A stretch of DNA of 64,000 nucleotides from NCBI GenBank assembly GCA_963848135.1, contig CAWKCK010000002.1:62001-126000 (forward strand), given 5' to 3'. The notes below the pieces were generated by a model. That model was given only the letters and a program-made list of their open reading frames with translations. It searched no databases and was not told the origin of the DNA. Source of the DNA: an uncultured delta proteobacterium. GTDB lineage: Bacteria; Desulfobacterota; Desulfobacteria; Desulfobacterales; SG8-13. Position numbers and translations under genes: made by a program. Numbering within the stretch: the first letter of the stretch is position 1; each line of letters begins with the position of its first letter. Positions 47,584 through 56,274 of this stretch are shown here, one piece after another.

Positions 47584-49251
47584 TTAATCCAAAAGATGGG
47601 AGATTTGTTCAGCGTTTAAAGGCCGGAATTTACCGACTTCGGGGGGCAGAAAAACCTTCTGGGCGGTCAACCATCCATACCGGACGAAAATTGCAGCGCC
47701 GATTAACAAGTTATGGGCGATCGTCACCACCGAACGATTTTCAGGCTTTTCCAAAAAAGATCCCTTCACCCATTCGTTGAAAGCCCCCATCGCCGGGCCA
47801 CACCAAATCTGATAGTCGATTTTGCGGGTCGGCTCACCGCAGTTGGCCCAGTTCGAGGACTGGCCCAAATAGGATCGAAAAACGAGCGCCATTTTATGCT
47901 TCGGATCATTCTCGGCAAGTGCTATCTGCCGCGGGTCCCTTTGGTTGAAAAAAGCCTTGGTTTGTTCCCATTCATCCTTGCAACTCCGGCGAAAAAAATC
48001 GCGTTCCAGAACCTGTTTTTCCCGGTGTGGTATACCGTCCAAGGATTTGCAGCGGGAATAAATGTCATAGAGCTTGGCCGCGCGGAAGGGGAACATCGTG
48101 CCCCTTTTAAGGACTTGCACTTTTACGCCCATTTCGAACATATCAGCAGCTGGCGCCATGGTAACATCCGCTTGGCTGGCTTCGGCCAGCATGGAACGTA
48201 CCATCCCGGACGTGCCGGCTTCAACGCAGGCCTGGTTGATCGAGCCGGTAAGAATATAGGCGGCACCCAGGGCAAAAGCGGCGGCGGCGGCACCCGGGGT
48301 CGCGATACCGCCTCCCAGGCCGACGCAGAGTGGACGGGGATACCTGTACTTTTCAGCCATTCTGTCCCTGAGAGCCAGGATTGTGGGCAGAAGGGAAATG
48401 GCTGGCTGGTTGTCGGTGTGTCCGCCCGAATCAGCTTCCGCGGTCATGGTCTCGGCCACCGGGATGGATTGGGCCAGTTCGGCTTCGGTTGAAGTGATCC
48501 ATTGGCGATCCACCAGTTGCCTCAGAATTCTCTCGGGTGGCGGCGAGAAAAATCTGCGTGCCACCTCGATCCGTGAAATTTTCGCAATGATCTGCCGCGG
48601 GGTGACGATCTGCCCGTTCGCATCCCGATGGATGCCTTTGATGCGGTAATAGACCAGCGGTAGCGTCAGGTCCAGATATGCTGACGCGCTGACCAAACGG
48701 ACACCGTGCTCAAGGTACAGGTCAACGGTTCCTTTTTCCAAATCGGGTTCGTTAGGGCTGTGAATCAAATTGACGCCGAAAGGAAGATCACCGAGTCGAT
48801 CCTGCAATTGAACAATCGCTTTTTCGATATCTTCAAGCGCCAGTCCGGCGGCGCCGAAGAAGCCGATCATACCTGCCCGGGCCACTGCTTCGACCATCTC
48901 GGTCGAGGTGATACCATTGGCCATGGCCCCGACAACATAGGGATAGCGCAATCGAAAGGCCGCTTTGAAATGCGGATCGCCTAAATCCTCGGGGTGCAGC
49001 GGGGGAACGTACCCCAGCAGGGGATATCCGTCCATCTTGGAATCGGCACTATCGAAAGGCCCATATTCGATGGTGGCGCGGCCGCCCCGACCGACACCGG
49101 GCGTTCCCCGGACATCCACGAGGACCACGGGTTCAGATACCCGTTGAATCGCTTGGCGGATGACATTGGAACCTGTCTCCGGTGGATGGTCGTTATTGGC
49201 CCACCATCCGATCCGAGAGGACAGTGGCGGAACTCCTGATTTAACTTTCAT
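47584..49251 (-). CDS. pfaD: PUFA-synthase enoyl reductase
   Basis: GAMANGI, EADSGGHTDN, APAADMFEMGVKVQVLKRGTMFP, DYQIWCGPAMGAFN. Confidence 0.93.
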   Translation of the reverse strand: MKVKSGVPPLSSRIGWWANNDHPPETGSNVIRQAIQRVSEPVVLVDVRGTPGVGRGGRATIEYGPFDSADSKMDGYPLLGYVPPLHPEDLGDPHFKAAFRLRYPYVVGAMANGITSTEMVEAVARAGMIGFFGAAGLALEDIEKAIVQLQDRLGDLPFGVNLIHSPNEPDLEKGTVDLYLEHGVRLVSASAYLDLTLPLVYYRIKGIHRDANGQIVTPRQIIAKISRIEVARRFFSPPPERILRQLVDRQWITSTEAELAQSIPVAETMTAEADSGGHTDNQPAISLLPTILALRDRMAEKYRYPRPLCVGLGGGIATPGAAAAAFALGAAYILTGSINQACVEAGTSGMVRSMLAEASQADVTMAPAADMFEMGVKVQVLKRGTMFPFRAAKLYDIYSRCKSLDGIPHREKQVLERDFFRRSCKDEWEQTKAFFNQRDPRQIALAENDPKHKMALVFRSYLGQSSNWANCGEPTRKIDYQIWCGPAMGAFNEWVKGSFLEKPENRSVVTIAHNLLIGAAIFVRYGWLTAQKVFLPPEVGKFRPLNAEQISHLLD

Positions 49252-49395
49252 CGTGGGCGCTGATCCTCGATCTGACCGATATGAATTTGAATACTTTCTA
49301 AGCCACAGTGCTTTGAAGCGGACCTAATAGCGTCGACAACACGTGCGTGTCAAGAATTTTGCCCGATCCGGCACGCACTATTGCAGTCGCAGCAA

Positions 49396-50295
49396 TTATC
49401 CCCGGGGGTGAAATTTCCGGTGTAACTTTTTAAGGTGATCGCGCGCTACGTGGGTGTATATCTGAGTCGTTGAGATATCGGTGTGTCCCAGCATTGTTTG
49501 AACGGCCCGTAAATCGGCACCGCCTTCCAGCAAGTGGCTGGCAAACGAGTGCCTGAGGGTATGCGGTGTTATGGCCTTCCGGAGGCCGGCCTTACGGGCG
49601 TAGCGTTTGATCAGTTTCCAGAACCCTTGGCGGCTCATCGGTCTTCCGGCCCGTGCAACAAAAAGAAACGGGCTGATGTGGCCCTTTAGGAGGGTTTCTC
49701 GCGCAGAAGTCAAATAATTCTGAATCTTGTCCCTGGCATATTGACCGATCGGAACAATCCGTTCCTTGGCCCCCTTTCCGAAGACACGGACATATCCACC
49801 CTGAAGATTAACAGCCTGCATTTTCAGACCGATCAGTTCCGATACCCGCAGGCCAGCGGCATACAGCAATTCCAACATGGCGGCATCCCTGATGCCCGCA
49901 GTCTTTACAAGGTCGGGTGCCTCCAGAAGGCGGTTGACCTCATCGACACTGAGAACATCCGGTAGTTTGAGGCCGCTTTTTGGAGGATCAATCTGCTTCG
50001 ATGGGTCAAAAGATAGGATTTGCTCCCGGACCAGAAACTTATAGAGCCCTCTGATGGCGACCAGGTGACGGGCACGGGTCCGAGCTTTCAGTCCTCCGTG
50101 ACGCATAGCGATGAGGTATCTGAGTATTGTCGGGGTGTCTTCTTCAGACAAAAATTTAATACCATTGGTGTTCAGGTAGGAAAGATAGCGTACAAGATCG
50201 CGGCTGTAAGCCTCAAGGGTTTTTGACGACAGGCCTTTTTCGACCAGAAGAAAATTCAGGTAACGATCGACCAGATTTTCGGGTGATTCGCGCAC
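49396..50295 (-). CDS. xerD: Site-specific tyrosine recombinase XerD
   Basis: EKGLSSKTLEAYSRDL, RDAAMLELLYAAGLRVSEL, SRQGFWK, TPHTLRHSFASHLL, LGHTDISTTQIYTHV. Confidence 0.93.
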   Translation of the reverse strand: MRESPENLVDRYLNFLLVEKGLSSKTLEAYSRDLVRYLSYLNTNGIKFLSEEDTPTILRYLIAMRHGGLKARTRARHLVAIRGLYKFLVREQILSFDPSKQIDPPKSGLKLPDVLSVDEVNRLLEAPDLVKTAGIRDAAMLELLYAAGLRVSELIGLKMQAVNLQGGYVRVFGKGAKERIVPIGQYARDKIQNYLTSARETLLKGHISPFLFVARAGRPMSRQGFWKLIKRYARKAGLRKAITPHTLRHSFASHLLEGGADLRAVQTMLGHTDISTTQIYTHVARDHLKKLHRKFHPRG

Positions 50296-50310
50296 CTTTC
50301 AAAATGTCCT

Positions 50311-51423
50311 TCAGATCCGGTGGATGGCGGGATCGGAACGGTTGAGAACTTCGGCGCCATCGGGCCGGACAACGACCATGTTTTCCAAACGAACGCCCCC
50401 CCATCCATCCAGGTATATTCCAGGTTCGACCGTTGTAACCATTCCAGGTTCGAGCAGGGTATCCTTCAGGGGGCTGAGGCGCGGCGCTTCATGGATCGCC
50501 AAACCTGTGCCATGTCCCAACCCATGACCGAATTTCCCACCGAACCCCTCCTGTTCGATGTGGTCCCTGGCGATCCGATCGACGGCTCTGGAACTCACCC
50601 CGCCCTTGATGGCGCCAATCGCCAGGCGTTGGGCTTCTAAAACCGTCTGGAAAACCTTGGTGAAGGTTGCGTCCGGAGTTCCGAAAACAACCGTTCGGGA
50701 AATGTCCGAGCAGTAACCGTTGAGTCGGGCCCCCCAATCGAAAAGTAGCGGTTCGCCGGCCTTGATTTTTCGATCCCCCGGTATGGCGTGGGGCAGGGCA
50801 CTGTTGGGTCCGGCGGCGACGATGGTCGGAAAGGAAAGCGCCTCGGCGCCCGCTTCCCGCATACCTTTTTCCATCAACCAGGCCACTTCGCGTTCCGTCA
50901 TGCCCGGTTCTATGGACTGAAGGCATTGGGAGAATACGTTTTCGGCCAGAGACAGGGCTTCATCGATGGCCGTAATTTCCGCATCCGATTTCGTGATCCG
51001 CAGCTGCTCCACCAGGTCGGTCAAGGGATCAAGCGTCACGCTGAGACCGGCCTGCTTTATTTCGGCGGTCATTTTTTGGTAGTGCTGAAAAGATAACCGC
51101 ACAGCTTCAAATCCGAGGTTGTGGGTACCCAGATCCGAGAGGATGGCAGGCAGTTCTTTGGGTAGGCTTTCCTTGTAAATGGCCAATTCATAAAGAGAAG
51201 CCTCATTTCTGGCCTGGATTTCGTAACGGGAGTCGGTTGCCAGCATGAGGCGGTCTTTGGTGATAAAGAGGGCACCGGCCGATTCGTCGAATTGGGTGTC
51301 ATGTCCGGTGAAATCGCTGAGGTAACGACGGTTTTCATCCGTAAGAATCAGCAGGGTATCACTGGCGATTCCGGCGAGTTTACCCCTTAATCGATCGATC
51401 CGTTCCCGTACGCATTGATCCAC
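50311..51423 (-). CDS. Xaa-Pro peptidase (M24B family)
   Basis: TDSRY, SALPHA, DWGA...YCSDISRT, HGLGHGTGLAIHEAP, TVEPGIY, GVRLEN. Confidence 0.92.
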   Translation of the reverse strand: MDQCVRERIDRLRGKLAGIASDTLLILTDENRRYLSDFTGHDTQFDESAGALFITKDRLMLATDSRYEIQARNEASLYELAIYKESLPKELPAILSDLGTHNLGFEAVRLSFQHYQKMTAEIKQAGLSVTLDPLTDLVEQLRITKSDAEITAIDEALSLAENVFSQCLQSIEPGMTEREVAWLMEKGMREAGAEALSFPTIVAAGPNSALPHAIPGDRKIKAGEPLLFDWGARLNGYCSDISRTVVFGTPDATFTKVFQTVLEAQRLAIGAIKGGVSSRAVDRIARDHIEQEGFGGKFGHGLGHGTGLAIHEAPRLSPLKDTLLEPGMVTTVEPGIYLDGWGGVRLENMVVVRPDGAEVLNRSDPAIHRI

Positions 51424-51648
51424 TGCAAACTCCTCTAGCTGGGTGATGAGAAATTACTATACCACAGGAACTGCGACTATAACACATCGGTAAAGGAGAT
51501 CAAGTTGATAGCCAGCTGAAAACGGACGTATTGACATGCGGACATGGTGCTGATAACAAATCAACACTTTCAAGTCATTGTCGCACGCTGGTTCGATCCT
51601 CATACCTCTTTTTTTATAATGACCGGCCATTTTACGAAGTGTCTCTGA

Positions 51649-52365
51649 ATGATGGACAGACTCAACTCCAACACTTACGATCAATACATCCGTGGCCTGA
51701 AAGATATCAGCCGGGCCATTACCTCAGACTTTTATATAGAGGACATTCTCAAATTGATCGTTATGGTCACGGCCAAAGTAACCGGGGTCGAAATTTGCTC
51801 GCTCTGGTTGATCGATGAAAACACATCTCCCACCAAGATCCGGCTCAAGGCCACCCAAGCCATCGATCACGAATATGTCAAAGATCGGGCGTTGAGTCTC
51901 AATGAGGGAATCGTCGGTTTTGTGGCCTCGACTAAAAAACCGCTGATGGTTTCTAATGTCCTCGAGGAGCCGCGGTTCAAAGAAAAAGAAATGGCCGCGA
52001 AACTGGGACTGGTATCGATGCTCAGCGTCCCGTTGCAGGTGCGCGACGGTAAAGTCATTGGTGTTCTCAACTGCTTTACTGCTGAGCCCCGCCTATTTAC
52101 CGATACCGAGGTCAATTTGATCACTACTGTGGCGAATCAGGCCGCAGTGGCGATTTTGAATACGGAACTGATGGTCAAATCGCAGGTGATACAACAAGAG
52201 CTGGAAACCCGCAAGCTGGTCGAGCGAGCCAAGGAAATCCTCATGAAACGCCGCAGCAAGACCGGTGAAGAAGCTTACCGCTGGCTGCAGAAACGAAGCA
52301 TGGACACGCGCACATCCATCCGCAGAGTTGCAGAGGCGGTCTTACTCTCAGAAGAAATTGATTGA
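51649..52365 (+). CDS. GAF-ANTAR RNA-binding antiterminator
   Basis: GAF (EGIVGFVA...SMLSVPL...IGVLNCFT...VANQAAVAI) followed by ANTAR LETRKLVERAKEILM...EEAYRWLQKRSMDTR. Confidence 0.92.
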   Translation: MMDRLNSNTYDQYIRGLKDISRAITSDFYIEDILKLIVMVTAKVTGVEICSLWLIDENTSPTKIRLKATQAIDHEYVKDRALSLNEGIVGFVASTKKPLMVSNVLEEPRFKEKEMAAKLGLVSMLSVPLQVRDGKVIGVLNCFTAEPRLFTDTEVNLITTVANQAAVAILNTELMVKSQVIQQELETRKLVERAKEILMKRRSKTGEEAYRWLQKRSMDTRTSIRRVAEAVLLSEEID

Positions 52366-52532
52366 TCCTTCCTCGATGACAATCATATGGCTTTGCTGGG
52401 GAAAACATACCTTGCAGTCCTCTAAACAGCCATCCTCAAACAAAATGTGTTGCCCATCCCATCAATTCAAGAGCATGGCCTTGATATTTCACTTCTATGG
52501 GGTTCAGATAACATCACCAAAAGTAATCTCCC

Positions 52533-52644
52533 TTGTAAGCATTCACAGGGCAACGCATCTGCTTTGTTGTCGGACACTTGAAGTACAAAAGTACGTCTGC
52601 GCGCCCGACGCCTTGAATTTGCGTCACCCTGTAAATGCTTACAA
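52533..52644. repeat. Long imperfect intergenic hairpin (miniature repeat element candidate 3)
   Basis: TTGTAAGCATTCACAGGGCAACGCA (52533-52557) pairs almost perfectly with TGCGTCACCCTGTAAATGCTTACAA (52620-52644); inner GTAC-aaaa-GTAC and CGCCTTG. Confidence 0.7.
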
Positions 52645-52800
52645 ATAGATGGCTTGATGCGCATTGGACCTTGCAACCCTTTGAACGGCTACTCTTCCTT
52701 TTCTTTGTAAAACTTAAAAAAATAGAGAATATTAAGTTAAACGGTTGACAAAAATATTTAGTAGAACTAATGGTAGTGAGCTAAATTAAATTATCATGTT

Positions 52801-52875
52801 TGCACAATGGCGTGCATTTTATGGGTTTTAGACAAAGGCGTCTTTTCCACCCGAAAGGACGCCTTTTTATTTTAT
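52801..52875 (+). promoter_or_regulatory. ANTAR-target dual-hairpin RNA overlapping an intrinsic terminator (attenuator)
   Basis: P1 TGCAC-AATGGC-GTGCA (52801-52816); P2 AGAC-AAAGGC-GTCT (52830-52843); terminator AAAGGCGTCTTT...AAGGACGCCTTT followed by a T-rich run; TTGACA at 52745. Confidence 0.88.
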
Positions 52876-52920
52876 TGGTCCCGAATTCCGGGAATATACC
52901 ATTTAGAAGGGGAGTGTATT

Positions 52921-54576
52921 ATGGAGAGAATTCTAAAAATTAATGATGCTTTGGGAACTACCAATCGGGGAAATCCCTGTGAATCAGGCCTTTGCACCCT
53001 TTGCCGGGCCGATTGCAAGGGTAAATGCGAAACCTGGCTTTCCAGCCTCGTGGGTCGTAAGCTGCTGTACCCTCGCAGCTATGGCATCGTGACCGCCGGC
53101 GCTAACAACACCTACCACGTAGGCGTTTCCTACAATTCGCTGCGCATTCAGGGCTATGCTTACGGATCGCATGGGCTGCAACAGGGTATGAGCAACGATC
53201 CGGACGACTGTATTTTCCCGAATGTCTCCCTTGAAACCGAATTCGGTCGGGAGGTCAAAACCAAAGCCCGCATCCCCCTGATGACCGGCGCATTGGGTTC
53301 GACCTTTGTCGCCCAGAAATACTGGAATTCTTTTGCTATTGGCGCGGCCCTGGTGGGCATCCCGGTGGTTATCGGCGAAAACGTGGTTGGCGTGGATCTC
53401 AAATCCGAAATCGGCACCGGTAAAGAACGTAAAGGCAAGATCAAGAGTGCCCCCGAGCTGGAACGCCGTATCGATGGCTACCTGCGCTACTTCGACGGGT
53501 ACGGCGCTATTATCGTCCAACTCAATGTTGAAGACACCCGTAACGGTGTGGCCGAATTTGTCGCCGACAAATACGGTGATAAAGTCATCATCGAATTGAA
53601 ATGGGGCCAGGGCGCCAAGGACATCGGTGGTGAAATCCAGGTCACCAGCTTGGACTACGCCCTCTTTTTGAAAGAACGCGGCTACGTGGTTGATCCGGAC
53701 CCCTCCTTGGCCGAAGTTCAGCAGGCTTTTGAAAACGGCTCCATCAAGTCGTTCGCCCGCCACAGCCGGCTGGGTGGCACCAACCTGAATACCGTGGAGC
53801 AGGTCCGGGCCGACTTCATGAGCGCGGTGGAATACCTGCGCAGCATTGGCTTCAAGCGCATCACCCTCAAAACCGGTTCCTACGGCATGGAAGAGCTGGC
53901 CATGGCCATAAAATTCTCAACCGACGCTGGCCTTGACCTGCTCACCATAGACGGTTCAGGAGGCGGCACCGGGATGAGTCCCTGGAACATGATGCAAAGC
54001 TGGGGGGTTCCCTCCATCGACCTGCACTCCAAGGCTTACCAATATGCTAACATCCTGGCCGCAAAGGGCCAGAGGGTAGTGGACATGTCCTTTGCCGGCG
54101 GCTTTGCCCTCGAAGACAGCATTTTCAAGGCCTTGGCTCTGGGCGCCCCCTTTACTAAACTGGTTTGCATGGGCCGGGCCATCATGATTCCCGGGTTTGT
54201 GGGCTCCAATATATACGGCGCGCTTCATCCGGAGGAAAGAGGTAAAGTAAACGGCCTTTGGGGGGAACTGCCCAAAACCGTTCGGGAGGTGGGCAACAGC
54301 GCCAAGGAAATCTTCGCCGGCTATTTTGACGTGGAGAAGAAGGTGGGTAAGGATGAAATGAAAAATATCCCCTACGGCGCTATTGCCTTCTGGACCATGG
54401 CCGACAAGCTCTCCTGCGGTCTGCAGCAGCTGCTGGCCGGTGCCCGTAAATTTTCAGTCAAACATCTCACACGTAACGAGCTTTTCTCCGGTAACCGGGA
54501 AACCGCTCGCGAAACAGGCATCCCGCACGTAACCGATGTCAATGATGAAAGCGCCAGGAAAATACTAAACTCATAA
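52921..54576 (+). CDS. Stand-alone FMN-binding glutamate-synthase-family protein
   Basis: N-terminal CESGLCTLCRADCKGKC, TGALGST, IELKWGQGAKDIGGE, DGSGGGTGMSP, FAGG, CMGRA; AGGGGAG RBS before ATG 52921. Confidence 0.85.
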   Translation: MERILKINDALGTTNRGNPCESGLCTLCRADCKGKCETWLSSLVGRKLLYPRSYGIVTAGANNTYHVGVSYNSLRIQGYAYGSHGLQQGMSNDPDDCIFPNVSLETEFGREVKTKARIPLMTGALGSTFVAQKYWNSFAIGAALVGIPVVIGENVVGVDLKSEIGTGKERKGKIKSAPELERRIDGYLRYFDGYGAIIVQLNVEDTRNGVAEFVADKYGDKVIIELKWGQGAKDIGGEIQVTSLDYALFLKERGYVVDPDPSLAEVQQAFENGSIKSFARHSRLGGTNLNTVEQVRADFMSAVEYLRSIGFKRITLKTGSYGMEELAMAIKFSTDAGLDLLTIDGSGGGTGMSPWNMMQSWGVPSIDLHSKAYQYANILAAKGQRVVDMSFAGGFALEDSIFKALALGAPFTKLVCMGRAIMIPGFVGSNIYGALHPEERGKVNGLWGELPKTVREVGNSAKEIFAGYFDVEKKVGKDEMKNIPYGAIAFWTMADKLSCGLQQLLAGARKFSVKHLTRNELFSGNRETARETGIPHVTDVNDESARKILNS

Positions 54577-54601
54577 CCAGGTGCGGTAGTAGACAATAAT
54601 G

Positions 54602-54637
54602 GGCTTGCTGGAGCAGTCCTCCGGCAGGCCTTTTATT
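54602..54637 (+). terminator. Rho-independent terminator
   Basis: GGCTTGCTGGAG-cagtc-CTCCGGCAGGCC followed by TTTTATT. Confidence 0.75.
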
Positions 54638-54703
54638 ATTAGTCTTCAAGTTTTTGAAAACAAAACAAAATAACCCCATCCATTATTTCACACTCCCTTT
54701 TTC

Positions 54704-56008
54704 TCACTTAATCAATAGCCAAATGAGTTGCGCGTTTTTACGGCTCGTATTCTTCCATTGGCCTGGTACTTCGGTGGTAAGATAGACGACATCACCAGTC
54801 GTAACTTTCTGGAAGGTGGCGCCAATTTTTAGTTGGAGTTCACCATTTAACATGTAACCGAATTCGTCACCCTTGTGATTAAAAAAGTGCCCGGAAAGAT
54901 TGGTTTTACCTGGGACTTCGATAAGAAAGGGCTCTGACCTGGTTACCCGGTCAGTAGTCATCAATGATTTAACGATTACACTGTCTTTCGGTAGACTGGC
55001 TAATTTGACTTGTCGCGTTTCGGAGGCGGGGAAAATAAAGGGGTGTGTCTGACTCTCAAGCGGTTCATTGAAGATTTTTCCCACATCAACATTGAGGGAT
55101 TCGGCCATTTTGAAGAGGGCCGGCAGGGAAGGGTAGATCAAGCAGCTTTCAATTTGAGATATGGTACTGGGAGTGACCCCCACGAGTTTGGCCAGTTCGG
55201 TTTGAGACAACCCCTGGCGGGTGCGCAACTCCTTGAGGCGACCCCCTAAATCGATACGGCCGCTCTTACGAGGTTCCGAGTCAAACGTTACCTCAAGGCC
55301 TTTGGACCAGTAGAGATAGGGTTTGTTTAGTGTTTCCAGATCACGTTTTTCGGCCTTTAATACGGTCAGCGAGGTTTTGCCCCTTTTGACGGCAAGATCG
55401 ATGGCCACTTGAGCGACCTGGTTGATCCTGGCGCGCAGTCGCTGCGAATGGGCGCGTTTTTCGATGATCCAGTAAGCAACGGTGTTCAATTCGTAAAGCC
55501 GCGGGCAGGAGTGGGAATAGAAATTGATGATATGATCCTCTCCCCCCCAAAGCTCCTGCATTCCGGTGAGGCTTTCAAATATGAAACGCACATCCCCTTT
55601 CAGCTGGGAATGGGCATCATAAACAGCCTCCATAACATGGTGGTCGTTGCGGGGGTCTTCGATGCGGATGATCTTGCAGCCAGGATGTGGCGCATCGTCC
55701 TGGTAAAACTTCAAAAACACATCAGAGCCGTCGCCCTTACCGTAAGTGAAACAGTCAAGGATAATCAAGTGGTCGCTGTCTGCCAATGAACCCAGTTTGT
55801 CGAGCAGGTTTCGGGGTGAGCGGTCGAAACTGACATAAATCAATGTCTTGCCCCTGGCATGGGAAGACAAAATTAAATTGAGATAAAAGACAGGGGCCAG
55901 ACTGCCGGCGTCGTCATACCAGACGACGTTGTCCCCAATGCACAGACCATCGAGCAGCCGGTCAAGGTGGTCAATCCCGGTTGACACCCGCGATTTGTTG
56001 TGTTCCAT
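54704..56008 (-). CDS. Regulator: degenerate KaiC/RAD55-like domain + XRE HTH + cupin
   Basis: VSTGIDHLDRLLDG start without an intact Walker A; LGGRLKELRTRQGLSQTELAKLVGVTPSTISQIES..PSL; HKGDEFGYMLNGEL..GDVVY. Confidence 0.85.
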   Translation of the reverse strand: MEHNKSRVSTGIDHLDRLLDGLCIGDNVVWYDDAGSLAPVFYLNLILSSHARGKTLIYVSFDRSPRNLLDKLGSLADSDHLIILDCFTYGKGDGSDVFLKFYQDDAPHPGCKIIRIEDPRNDHHVMEAVYDAHSQLKGDVRFIFESLTGMQELWGGEDHIINFYSHSCPRLYELNTVAYWIIEKRAHSQRLRARINQVAQVAIDLAVKRGKTSLTVLKAEKRDLETLNKPYLYWSKGLEVTFDSEPRKSGRIDLGGRLKELRTRQGLSQTELAKLVGVTPSTISQIESCLIYPSLPALFKMAESLNVDVGKIFNEPLESQTHPFIFPASETRQVKLASLPKDSVIVKSLMTTDRVTRSEPFLIEVPGKTNLSGHFFNHKGDEFGYMLNGELQLKIGATFQKVTTGDVVYLTTEVPGQWKNTSRKNAQLIWLLIK

Positions 56009-56274
56009 GGCCTTGTTTTTCCAGTATGATCTGCCATTGGTGTGCAGATAAAAATGCGACCCAAGTTGAGTGCGCGGATTCAACACATCACTTAGGCAAA
56101 ATACCAATCCCTGTCAACTGATCAGACATCCGAAAAGCGACCAGGCATTCTCCCTCAGATTTATGTTTGATAATTATCGGACGATCGCCGTGGCCGTTGG
56201 GCTGAACGTGCGCGTTTGCCGCCGTTACAAATACATTGATTCGGACCTTTCATTCTGCAAGGGTCCTCCGGCCT

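Noticed and set aside
49369..49385. Sigma54-like CGGCACGCACTATTGC
   Set aside because: GG-to-GC spacing is one base too long and it points antisense into xerD.
49396..50295. xerD as an island integrase for the pfa/ole cluster
   Set aside because: Housekeeping XerD motifs, operonic with a peptidase, no att-like repeats or tRNA seen.
52807..52920. ORF-track N-terminal extension of the glutamate-synthase-family gene
   Set aside because: That ATG lies in the ANTAR P1 loop and the extension crosses the terminator; ATG 52921 has a good RBS.
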